Assembly: GCA_040954595.2 (NCBI GenBank)
Contig: CM082591.2
Coordinates: 1,043,882-1,107,881, forward strand
Direction: 5' to 3'
DNA length: 64,000 nucleotides
From: Balanoglossus misakiensis
Lineage: Eukaryota > Animalia > Hemichordata
Part shown: piece by piece, positions 48,322 to 60,322 of the stretch
How positions within the stretch are numbered: the stretch's first letter is position 1
Layout: every line of letters starts with the position of its first letter
The notes under the pieces: generated by a model
The model's database searches: none
What the model was told of the DNA's origin: nothing
Seen by the model: only the letters and a program-made list of their open reading frames with translations
Position numbers and translations under genes: made by a program

Positions 48322-51300
48322 TTATGATACTGTTTGCATCCTGTGTTCGATAGAGGGTGCTTTATATTCAGCCAGGTCCTCGTGATGTCGGTGTCTGGAT
48401 AAGAATTCCAGAGTCATAGTATCCATGTGGCTTTCCACATCGCTATGGTAACCAATCTCCACGTTGAGATTGTTGGCCTGGATGGAGTGAAAAGTAGTCG
48501 AATAGATTAGTGTTTTGGAATAAGCAATATGGGAAAATTGAAGGCATATAGAAGTAACATCAAAGATCTTAACCTCATATAAGCATGGTCTGTGACAGGA
48601 TCTTTTGTTGCCATTTTTAATTCATGTACACTGAAACACCTCACAACTTACCAGTTGCAGTGATGCAAGAAATAATCGGCAGACTTCATAGGGTTGTCTT
48701 TGGTTGGTGATTTCCTGGAAAGCTAGTTTGGATTTCCCAGTGTCCGGATCAAAAGAGTCTAATATTTGTGTGCCATAAAGATGGATATCAAATGGTCCAT
48801 GTTGTTCCTGGCAGAGAAATTAACAAGAAATGTAGATGACAATGTGCTATGGTATTGATGTAGCCTGTAAAATCAAAACTTTTGACATCATTACGTACAA
48901 CTTCTTGGGTATTCAGTGACTTACTTCTTGTTGTAGTATTGGTTGTATTTTTCCTTCCCATTCTTTTATTCGTCTTGATAGATCAGTTTCTTGTACATAC
49001 TGCTGTGCTTGATCCAAGTACAGATCCTGTTGTGATAAGTACAAATAGTGTCAGGGACACTGTGCTCCCATTTGATAACAACCAGAAAGTTACACAGAAT
49101 GGAAACTTTAAAGAATTCAGGTACAAGAAAACACTTACAACATGTTGCCTGACCAAATCTTCATAACTTTGTGTTATCATAGTTTGCTGTGATTGGACAT
49201 CAAATCCTGCAGACAGATAATGAACAGAAGATAAAAGAACTTGTTACTGACAACATAAAATATGGCATTCAAAGGTTTAATAGATTATAAGAGCATTATT
49301 TGAGCTGTTGGTCATTTCAACAAAACTTATGATTATCACTTGGCAGACCCTGGTATGGATTCCAAAACAGCATTTATGAAAACCTTACCCATTGGTTGAA
49401 TGGTCTCTCCTGGTGGTTCACTAAAGCAGTCTACATTATCATTGTAATTATCCATGGCAACAGGGCCAATATCAACATCATCATCGTCATCATCTACATC
49501 ATTTCCGACATCAAAGTCTGGAGCATCGACCAGATTATCTTCCTCTTCCTGTTGTTTTAGCTGATCTTCCAAAGCTGTTAGCTCTTCGAATCGCTTTTCA
49601 TTCCTCTGCAGATAAAAATGATGGAATTTTAAAGGGACATAAAATGTAATAAGTTGCAGTGTTTTCATTAGCATTTGTCTTATACAAACATCTCTTAAAA
49701 TTACTGAAACACGTTACACCTACCAGTTTCTTTGCCTTTTCTTGAATGGTAGCTTGTCTTCGTTTGTATTCTTCCCAGAACAGGTTTTCAAATTCTTCAA
49801 AGACAGGCACCCTCAGAGGGTTCTTAGGAAACTTGGATGCATGGGAAAAATCTACACACAAAACAAGACAACAGAAAATGTTCAGAGGAGTGAGATGGCC
49901 CCTTAACAAATCTGGGTCCTTATGCATCAAGGACCCTGGCTGAATCAAGAAGTGGATGCTCAAATACATGTATATGAAAGTAGGCAAAGAACACTCAAGA
50001 CGATATCGGGTGATATTTACTGTAATAGACTTATTTCTCACTAATAATGGAGCAGAGTTGCTCGCAGTTTTCATCAATCTATTGAATCACAACATCTAGA
50101 CTTACATGCTTTTTCAACAAACTCATCAATTGGTACAGTGCATTTGGCTTTCACAGTGGTTCGTTTCCTCTTCTTATTGGACAGACTGTCTGGTAATTTG
50201 AATGTTTTCGCTGCAAAGAAAGAAATATGGAAATACTATTAAAATAACGTTTTCGATTTTTTTTTTAAATAACGGCACTTGGCAAAATGCTTGAATATGT
50301 AACCATATGTATCAAGGGCAGGTCTTATTCAGATTGTAAGAAATCAGTTTTGAACTTACCTTTCTTGTATGGCTTTTCAAGAATCTCGCTAGGATTATGA
50401 GCATCCAGTAGTTTCCATGGGTCGACTGCAGGTTTGACAACTGCTAATCTTTCGGCGATCTTCCTTTCTCGAAGTCCGTATCTTTGCTTTTCCTGACGTA
50501 CAGAATAAGCAATCCGCGAGATATGTGTGGAACTCTTTTGCAGCCATGAATTTGGTGTTTAATCAATTTCACAGAAAAGCCACAACCAGTGTTAGATATT
50601 ATTAGCGCCACGCGTTGCTTTTCGCTATAGATTAGTGTTTGTTGCATACAGCTTGCAGTATACTTCGCTTACATTACATAACCACCACCGCATAGTTTCA
50701 AATCAAGCTATTTAAATGTTAAGATTGAAACGCTAGCATTAACAGTAAGGACCCACACCTTATGACGAGAGCTAGAGAAAAACTAGCACTTTATGTATGT
50801 ATGTTAATGTCATATATTGTGTACAACTGATCCACATAGACACTGCTTTTTAAAACTATGTTTAATGTATGCACACCCAGTATTAGCTTTAAGTAAATAG
50901 CCACACCATGTGACAAAAAAGCTAGAGAAACACCAGAAGTTTAAAGTTACGATATTACCGTAGCACAGTATTGCCACACATATGCTAAGTATTGTCATCT
51001 ACAACCACTTAAAAGCACCTGCTTAATTTTTACACACCTGTACAGCAAGCATTAGCTTTTAGTAAAAACCCACACCGTAAAAGCCAGAATAAACTAGCAC
51101 TATACAATAAGGTTACGGTATTAGAACAGTATTGTCACACATATGCTAGGTACTGCCATATATCAAGACCAACTGGTCCACACAAACACGCGAACTGCCT
51201 TTTAAATCCACTTGCATAATTTTCACCTACCTGTACAGTTTTGTCTTTGATGCTTGCTTCACTGTTCATCATCATTCCTCCATCATCCACATCATCTGAA

Positions 51301-53534
51301 ACACGTCATGAAAACTGTCAATGGCAGTACATGTCTCTGAAAACTACATATAAGTTTTAAGCCTTTTTCATATGATTGCAAAATGAAGAGGCCCAACGAC
51401 CTGTCATTTTTCTCCAATCAAACAGCTTACCATACTCAAAATCTTACTAGCAGATACAGAAAAGTTGTTTACCAGCAACTTACCATCATCAATATCAGCC
51501 AAAGGTATCCCACCATCTTCTATTCCATCCTGATCAGGGATGTCATTCACATCTGAAAATGATAGCAAGCATGAAGGAGGTCACTGAAACTGTTCCTTGG
51601 AATTGTCTTTGCACATGAAGAAATGCACAGAATACAGATATCTGCTTGTTATAGCCAAAAACACACTTAAAAAATTACCTTTGGTCATATCAGTGACAGG
51701 GTCTGCAGCCTTATGTCTTGATTTTTCATTTAAATCTGTAAAATAATTTTACAGGAAGCAAAAAGATCTTTGTATTAAAGGGAATAAAACACACTATTGG
51801 CAGAAATGCCCATATATGGTTAGAAAGACATGGGTTGAGTTTTGTTTTGTTTTGGATGATAGATCCTTATCACTAAAAGAGCAACATGGACTTACCATGC
51901 ATAGATGTCAGACCAAGTAGGTTGCCAGTTGTGCCGATTTCGGTCAATGACATACTGGACGCATTGACCAGCATGGTACCAGATAACGGATCAACGTGAC
52001 ATCTATTCATCCAATAATCCATTCTACTGCCGATCACTTCACCTGATGAACTGAAGGCCAAAATACAAGTCAGACACTCAGCTACATCCTCACTGTCACC
52101 CTAGTTTCTGATGTTAGGTTTCAATGTCAACACTTTTACTCCAGAGTTTCCTACGAACTTCCAAACTTTCATGCACAATACAACTTGCCTACCTGAGTAA
52201 AATCTTCTGTGATTTCTCATTTTCTTCCACACCAAGTAAAGCCAGTGGTGTCCTTACAAGATTATTCATATTCTGTAGTGTCAAAATGATAGCAACCATG
52301 AAATTTATCTGGTACTTATTTCAAAGATGACTGGTGGCACAATTGACGATTATTGTGGTGGTCGTAGTTAAATAGGCACATTGATGAATAACTGAGAAAT
52401 TATTTCTTTAATTGAAAAATATCAGTGTCCTCAAAATGACAGATAATTGCTGACTATGATGATTCTGGATACTTACAGCATCGGTGAGATGATCGCTGTC
52501 ATCTTTCAAGTCAATATTCTGACCTTCCTCTATGTCATCAAGGTCAAGAAACTGATAAGAGAAAATGAGATCAAAAGAAAGATAGGTCAATGGAAGTGAA
52601 TTCCATCAAATAGGCTGACACTGTATTGGCTTTGGGGAGAACACTGAGTGAATGTGATTTTTCACTTTGAACATATGGGACTGTTCCATTCGGATGGGTA
52701 GTGGACCTCCAAATAGATTTATTGAAGAAAAAAAGAATTTAAATCCTGTAGATAACTCACAGCTTCTTCCTGTCCAGCCATATCATCCTCCTCAGGTCCA
52801 TCTTTGTCATTACTTCCAGGCGCTTGCTGTAATTTGCTGAAAAGGGCAAAAAAATTATGAGAGAATCAGTTTCCATAAGTCCAGAACCTGTCCTCACACT
52901 GTAGATAGCAGGGATAGCAAAGATATTGAAATCATGAAGAGGGTTAACCCTTTCACCACCATGCATCAGTCCAAACCCACTGTTTTCTATGGTAAGGTTG
53001 GACCTCTAAAGAGGGAACTGGGGGTGAAAGGGTTAAAGCAACTGGGTGTGCATGTTGTTTCACTCACCGTTTACTGTTAATCATATCCAGTGCTTGATAG
53101 ACCAGAGAATACAAGTATTCAACTTTCTTGCTGTAAACACACGTTGAACTCTGTATCAACAAGGCTGCCTCAGCAAAGTTCATGCTGGTCTCACCACCAT
53201 CAAAAGATATCCTGACATCGGCCAACTTTTTTCCCAAAAAAGAGAGAGAACAAAACAAGTAAATAAACAGTAGATGCACCGCAGTCCCATGGCTGTACAT
53301 TTCATGATTAGTATTCAGTGTTTTTGCTATCAGAACAGGCATCTGTGGTTCTAGGTCAATATTCCCTATCCATACTACCATAGGAAACAAATGGATGCCT
53401 TGTCTGTTACATACCTCTTCCAGATATTCTTCCAGTCTTGACGCGACATCCACTTCCCAATTTTTGGCCAAGTCTCGAATTGGCTGAATCAGATTGGAGA
53501 ACTGACTTTCCTGATTTTGCGTGCCGATAGTCAT
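48322..53534 (-). CDS. NCAPH2: Condensin-2 complex subunit H2 (kleisin beta)
   Basis: ~17 coding exons. N-term '[22 protein letters not shown]', '[33 protein letters not shown]'. Middle 'YGLRER...DPWKLLD...KPYKKG'. C-term '[10 protein letters not shown]...[34 protein letters not shown]...[21 protein letters not shown]'. Non-coding first exon ends at 53910. Confidence 0.95.
50730..51238. repeat. Degenerate ~160-170-bp tandem triplication in an NCAPH2 intron
   Basis: Recurring blocks: 'gcattag..cacacc..gctagagaaa..ctagcact' (50735, 50880, 51049); 'acagtattg.cacacatatgcta.gta' (50965, 51126); 'acctgtacag' (51036, 51229). Confidence 0.7.
52944..53036 (+). mobile_element. piggyBac-type MITE copy in an NCAPH2 intron
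   Basis: TTAACCCTTTCACC...GGTGAAAGGGTTAA, 93 bp. Confidence 0.88.
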
Positions 53535-53704
53535 TTTGCTTGATAAAGTCTCAAATTCTGCAAACACAATTGAGATACTGGTGTTACATTCAAAATGAGC
53601 AACAGAAATTTACCATAGCAAGAGAAATATACATGTACATGTATTATCCTTGATAACGGACATTCGCCTGTTATGCCTGTGGCTATATACACTTCGTAGT
53701 GGGC

Positions 53705-53795
53705 TAGCTGCAGTTCAGTAGCTCGAGGTTTTGCCTATTCTGTTGGTTTGTGTCTTAGACTGACGGCAAAACCTCGAGCAACTGAACTGCAGCTA
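53705..53795. repeat. 91-bp fold-back element (31-bp arms, 1 mismatch, 29-nt loop), TA-terminated, in NCAPH2 intron 1
   Basis: TAGCTGCAGTTCAGTAGCTCGAGGTTTTGCC (53705-53735) pairs with GGCAAAACCTCGAGCAACTGAACTGCAGCTA (53765-53795). Confidence 0.85.
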
Positions 53796-53909
53796 CCCGG
53801 CCCCTCCCCCTTCCCTCGAAACTGACGAGGGAAGCGGTGATACGAACATCACATTCTCATCATTGCTGTCAAATTATTTTCGGGTATACATCATGTCTAC
53901 ATACCTTAC

Positions 53910-54482
53910 CAGAAGCGTCGGAAGGTCCAGAAACCCCTTAACAACGTAATTTTTACAGTTCGTGTTTAGAATTGTGCAAAATTATGACTTTTTGTCAAGA
54001 CTGCTTGTCTAATATATTTCGTCTGTCCCGCCATTAGTAATCGAAAGTAGTTCATGGCTGCAATTTGTAAGCCAGCTTCCTATTGGATGACAAATATTAA
54101 CTTGACAAAACATTGACTAACCAGCGTGACGCTAATGGATGTACCATAGATGTATCACTGTGTTTACATTTTATATTAATGCGCAAAGTTGGTATTAAAA
54201 TATCAAAATAGAAGAAACCCTGATAAGGCATATAGAGTGAAATTAGAAAATTACAAAACATAATTGCTCAAGAAATGTCGAGAAATGGACAGAAGTTTGA
54301 AGCGCTTAATGTTTGTGGTAGCGTTATATTGTTGACCCTGGATTCAGCCGCAGCACCAAAGGTCAATATGAGGTGTTGCACGACCACAACATCAATACAC
54401 AGTCGTGGCATAATACTACAGGTCACTACATACAGGAACACATGTGCAATCGTGCGATCGTGCTACTTTTCAGCCGTGCAGC
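53910..54482. promoter_or_regulatory. Bidirectional promoter region of NCAPH2 and LMF2
   Basis: NCAPH2 exon-1 donor at 53909 (-) and LMF2 ATG at 54483 (+). E2F-like GTCCCGCC at 54025-54032; ATTGG at 54082. Confidence 0.6.
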
Positions 54483-57400
54483 ATGGCAGAAATGAAGCGT
54501 ATCCGTGATTTCTATCTCTGGTGTATGTCTGCCATTTATCTATTTGCTTTTGCATCGCTCTACAACCAAATTCCTGGTAAGTATTGTGAAGTATGGTGGG
54601 AGGGGTCACGCAAGGTCACAGAAATGATACATGTTGTCATGCAATACTGCACGTATATATCGCCTGTACATCTTCAAAATGAATCATTCAAATCGGATAT
54701 GAAGGGTCTTTTCCTAATGCCCTGGATCTGCAACTTAAATGGTCGAAAAACTGTCAATCAACGAAAGCAGCTGCAGCATCAATAACAACAACAACAGTCA
54801 ACAACAACAACAACAACATGATTGAGTAATGTGACATTTACAGTTTTGTGTGAGAGGTGTTACAATGTTATTAATTACATGATAGATAACAACACTATTG
54901 TATAATGAAATTTATTAGATCATAGATGTATTAAGGTAGGTTTATAATATAATAATCATGGTACATAATACACACTTAAGTTGGCTCCATATGTATATTT
55001 CCCATGGAATATATTCATTTCTTCTCTTCAAGGTCTATATGGAATGAATGGGATTCTTCCAGTTCACTTGGTACTCAAGCAAGATGGCAGGACTGCAGAG
55101 GATTCATTCAGAAACCAACCAACACTTCTCTGGTTTGCACCAAAGATTGGACTTGACATTGACACTGCAATGGACTTCATTTGTCTGCTAGGGATTCTTA
55201 TATCACTGATCAGCATGATCTCAAAAACTCTGAGAGACACCTGCAGTTATGCAGTGATGTGGTTTCTATATTTTTCAATGTATCAGGTATAGTACTAAAT
55301 AAAAATCAAACAAAACAGACCAGTTGCTGTGGATATTCAAAGTTATTTAGCAGCTAGATTGGAAATGGTATTATTGAGTTTATCATATATGTTTCAAAGT
55401 GTAACATTTTCACAAATTGTTGATCTTGCAGGTTGGACAAACATTTCTATGGTTCCAGTGGGACATATTACTCTTAGAAGCCGGTTTCTTGACTATATTA
55501 GTCGCACCGTTCAATTTGCTGAAATGGAGACCAGTATCTTACTTTCAGCATGACAGAATAACCATGTGGTTGGTCAGATGGCTGTTGTTCAGATTAATGT
55601 TTGCATCGGGAGTCGTCAAGCTGACAAGTCAGTGTCAGACATGGTGGGGGTTGACAGCATTGACCTATCATTATGAAACGCAGGTAGGTTTTCATTATAT
55701 GTACTCTGAAACCTGCCTAAATTGAATACTACTGTAACTAAACATTGTCATTATCGAATTGTAAACTGAACAGTCTGTAAGGTACAGTCATTTGAGGGCA
55801 CTCCATACCTCTAACCCAGTACAGAGAACAAAGTGCCCTGAAACGACTGTACCTTATAGTCTATAGTGAACACTGCCTAACCTGAACACTATATACTAAT
55901 CCCTGTCTACTGACAAAAGAACCTGTATAAACTGGAACACAGAGTAAGGTTAGGAGAAGGGTTGTAAAACTTTTTCATGCATCAGATCTTATCTCGTTTT
56001 ATCTTTCAGTGCATTGCTACACCCCTGGCCTGGTATGCCCATCAGTTACCTGTGTGGTTTCAGAAACTAAGTGTGGTCTTGACTTTTCTCATTGAAATAC
56101 CATTAGCGTTTCTGTTCTTCTCTCCGATCAGAAGCATGAGAATATTTGCTGGGCTTTCACAGGTATGTTACATGTACAGTTACCCTTTCACCCCTATAGA
56201 GGTCCAACTTTACCATAGAAAACAATAGGTCTGGATCAAACCATGTTGGTTAAAGGGTGAATGGGCTGATGCAAAGTTGACAAAAAGGCATTGTTAAAGA
56301 ACATAATACTACATGGTCTACAGTAAACACAACAATCTGTCAGTTTCTCAGATTCATGTGTTACTGTTATCTGATCCATTTCAGGTTTTCCTAATGATTT
56401 TGATATTTCTTACCGGAAACTACAACTTTTTCAATTTACTGACAGCTGTGTTGTGCCTCTCGACACTGGATGACGATTTCTTCTATAAAAGTAAAAGTAG
56501 GTACTAATACAATATAAGGCATATCATGTATGTGAGCAGTTCCTTCAATACAAAATACCAACTTATGACATGAGCCATTGTTGGTTCCACCTCCAACTGT
56601 ATCCCAAATGTTATCACCAATCCCAACCTTTACACCTACCGGACATTGCTTGCTTTCTTTTCAGAGAATGAGGGAACTCAATCAGTCTTCCAAATCGGCA
56701 CCAAAGTTCTAGTCAAAGTTATTGAAGTATTGGTGTACGGAGGCTTACTGTACTGGACCATCAAACTATTCACACTTCACATTGATGCTGAGGTCTATGG
56801 CATCGAATCCAAAACAGGTAAGAGTTCCATTTTGAAATGATTCAGCTCTATAGTGTGAATGACAGCAAAGAAACAAAGAATGATTTTTTGACTGTGTGAA
56901 TTCTTTGTCATTTTTCAGCTTTCACTTTACAAGAATATCTGGAAGCACTGAAACATGTGATGCCTATAACTGTGTGGATTGGGATCATATCACTTGCTTT
57001 GGAAATCATCCTTGCTTTATTCAGGTAGGTGGTCACCATTCAGCAGTTGAGACAAAGTGTTCAGATTCGTTGATATTGGACTAACAACAGGCTTTGCTGA
57101 CATGCAGTCTGTTTTATTCATGCTGTTGTAAGTATAATGTACTTGTCGATACACAGAAAAAAATTTTAAGATACTGTGCCTTGAATTACATTCTTTCATC
57201 TCTGCTATTTCAGGTGTTTGTATTATGAAGAAGGTCTGCTCAAGAAAGTGTGGTCTATTTTCCTGTGTGTGTTATTTTCCTCAGCAGCTGTCTTCATGTT
57301 TTCAATTAGTCTGGTAAGTCTACACTCATCAAGTTGTTATATCATCCCTTTCTCACAGGATTCATCTTCTGGGTGTGAAAGACTGACTGCTGCTTCAAAA

Positions 57401-59063
57401 TAGCAGAGATACTCAAATCATACACAACGACTGAAATCTACATCATACATGAACAAATATCTGAATTGCAGGTCCCTCACAGTTCAGTGGACAACACAGC
57501 TAGACAGAACATCTGGCCAATTGTGAACAGGTGGCATTCGAAGACCAGTTACCTCCACATCACAAACTCCTACGGTTTGTTTCGAAGAATGACCGGTGTT
57601 GGAGGCAGACCGGAAGTTGTCGTAGAAGGCAGTTATGATTTCAAAGAATGGAAGGTAAAGTGGAGCACATTTCATGTGCAATGCCTGGCATGACTGAATG
57701 TCAAAGGGTATAAGTGGCAAAATCTACAATGAATGTGTTCAAGATCATGCAATGTCAATCCAAGCAATAAGACAATTGATGTCAGAGGTGAAATGGATTG
57801 CAGAATTTCTAATTAATATAACTGATTAGTCTTACTTCTTTCTTCAGGAATATGATTTCCTGTACAAGCCAGGCAATGTCAGTGAGGCGCCACCTATAGT
57901 TGGTATGTAGTCAAAAGATTCTGTAAATGAAAATTCGTTTGGCAGATTGATCAACACTGTCTTAGATACAGTATCCCCACTCTCAGTTTCACAATATTTG
58001 ACACCAAATCTCATGCATCAATCATCATTGATCTTGTGTTATTTCTTTCACATTGTCTCAGCTCCTCATCAACCGAGATTGGACTGGCAGATGTGGTTTG
58101 CGGCTCTTGGCAGTTATAATCACAATCCGTGGTTTCTGAACATGATTTACCGACTCTTAAGCAATGAACCTGATGGTATGTACATGTAATCACTTTCACA
58201 GATATTGGCAAGATTCCCTTGGCTAGCGGACTGACGTATATTCATTGACAATTATATCGCAACGTTCACCATGTCAGTATTTGGTCATTTTCTCTTACTA
58301 TTGAACCTGTGAGAAAAGGCACCCTGATCCATGTATTTAGCACTAAAGATGGAATGAAACAACTTACCTGTTATTATTTTTCTCTCTCCATACAGTAATT
58401 GCACTTATAGCCAAGAATCCTTTCCCAGATAACCCACCGATGTATATAAGAGCCAAGTTATGGCATTATTATTTTACAAAAGTTGGAAAAAATACCACCA
58501 TGAGGTGAGTCATCTTCACTTGGCTTCTATGACAACCTGATGCAGTCTGTATACAGATAACAACTTATGCAGAGTCTCTGTACAGATAGCACCTAGGCAG
58601 TTAGTATACAGATATCACCCTCATAGAGTTTGTATACAGATAAATTACTCACATTTTGTTTTCTCCAGTACTTTACCCAAGAATTGGTGGAGGAGGAAAT
58701 TTGTACGAGAATACTTGCCAGCTTTAACACTGAAAGACGAAAACTTTGTCAACTATCTGACAGGGCAGGGAATAATTGAGGTGAGGTCTTGTTTACACTC
58801 TTTTCGATTTATTTGTCTGAGAAATGAAATTTCAAGTCAGCAGAATTTAAGGTCTAAACCAACGCCTTTTTCTTTTGCAGAAAAAATCAAAACAGAAGAA
58901 GAAAGAAGTAACTAACTTACTGAAAAATGCAGTACAATCTGTTCGCCTGTACATCGGCCATGCAGAAGGCTTTAACTTTGTGATGTCACTCTTCATGGCT
59001 GGACTTGTTGTTAATATTATGGGATATCTTCGACAAAGGACGCCTGCAACAGAGAGCACATGA
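54483..59063 (+). CDS. LMF2: Lipase maturation factor 2
   Basis: Exons approx. 54483-54576, 55032-55286, 55432-55683, 56010-56162, 56384-56500, 56665-56817, 56919-57024, 57214-57313, 57472-57654, 57848-57902, 58061-58174, 58396-58504, 58669-58780, 58881-59063. Motifs [91 protein letters not shown]. The long C-terminus with a final TM and the position next to NCAPH2 favour LMF2 over LMF1. Confidence 0.95.
55772..55862. repeat. 91-bp fold-back element (25-31-bp arms, 29-nt loop) in an LMF2 intron
   Basis: TAAGGTACAGTCATTTGAGGGCACT (55778-55802) pairs with AGTGCCCTGAAACGACTGTACCTTA (55832-55856), 2 mismatches; extendable by 6 bp. Confidence 0.8.
56179..56261 (-). mobile_element. Internally deleted TTAA MITE copy in an LMF2 intron
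   Basis: 'ttaccctttcacccc..agaggtccaactttaccatagaaaacaat..ggttaaagggtgaa' is the reverse complement of the family sequence. Confidence 0.75.
58541..58643. repeat. Degenerate ~27-bp minisatellite x4 (core GTATACAGATA) in an LMF2 intron
   Basis: 'tacagata' recurs four times at 26-29-bp spacing. Confidence 0.75.
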
Positions 59064-59074
59064 CAGAGTGTTTC

Positions 59075-59169
59075 TTAACCCCTTCACCACCATGGTTTGG
59101 TCCACAACTCCATTGTTTTCAATAGAAATGCTGGACAGTTATACAGAGAAATGGGGGTGAAAGGGTTAA
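59075..59169 (+). mobile_element. Diverged TTAA MITE copy 11 nt after the LMF2 stop codon
   Basis: TTAACCCCTTCACC...GGTGAAAGGGTTAA, 95 bp, internal sequence related to the other copies. Confidence 0.82.
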
Positions 59170-60322
59170 TGTGCCTTGTAGAGTTACCAGCAATATCTTT
59201 GTTGATGTCAACACAAAACTTAAAGCGTAGTGTAACACTCTATGAGAAAAATACACATCATGAACAACTTACAGATTCTGATTTGATGTAAGTTCTACAA
59301 ATCTTGCATCGTCTGCCAAAATCATGGTTGTATACAATTAATTATACTTACATAAACAGTTCTGATGATTTCCATGCAAATGCAGAATAAACAAATATGC
59401 AAAATATATTCACTACAACAGAAAATATTTTATTATCTTAAAATGTCTACTATATGTCTTTATAGTTTATAAAATGACAAACAGGAAAATAGTCATTTTA
59501 CTTTGTGACCAAATGGACATGTATATGAATAAAAACTCTTGGCAATAAATGGCAGAAATGCTGCATGTTTTACATGATTTCATTTTGTGAAAGTGTACTC
59601 TCTGTATTCTGATTGAAATCAACAAACTGACATAAAACATTTTAAAACATGAATACATACCAGTATTGTGGAAAACAGTATTGTATACTGCTGCACACAG
59701 ATTGTTCAGTTATAAAAATATAAACTTTAAAAACATTGATTGTTTTATGGAATGTGGAAATCGTCAAAATTTACTCATTAAAATGGTTTGACCAATGAAA
59801 ATCACCAATTTGTTAAAATTCAGATATCTTGATAGTTTGAAATTGTTAATGTTGAATTAAAATGATCTGACTAGCTAACAGAACAATTGGAATTAGAAGA
59901 AGTTGATTTCTTGAGGAAAAGTTTAAAAACTTCCAACAATGATTTACAAGTCTTGGAGACTATTCTCTAGAAAGGATTAATAAAATCTTACATACATTTT
60001 ATGTCTTGTATAAAATGTTTCTATTCTGTTTGAAGAATGGAATGATATTGAAGGAGTTAAAATTTTACAGACCACACTCAAGGTCTATGGCACTACGGTG
60101 AATTCCATATATTTAAGTAAAATGGCATTTTGCATCCAGAAACTTCCAATCCGATAATTAGGGATAAGGTAAGTGTCCTGTGGATAAATATAACAGGGAT
60201 GTTTCTCTTGATCTATTTCTGGAAATTCTCTCCATCTTTGCTTGCTTCTTCTGATATCTCTGCCAGTAATCCAGAATGGAATTACTGTACGGAAAACTGA
60301 ACAGACGGCATTTATTCTTGTC

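Noticed and set aside
60079-60322. Open stretch after the kinase-KEN stop as a frameshifted RNase continuation
   Set aside because: The spliced frame already ends in a family-like 'W..KESLKPFF' terminus, and the downstream peptide has no RNxxxH motif.
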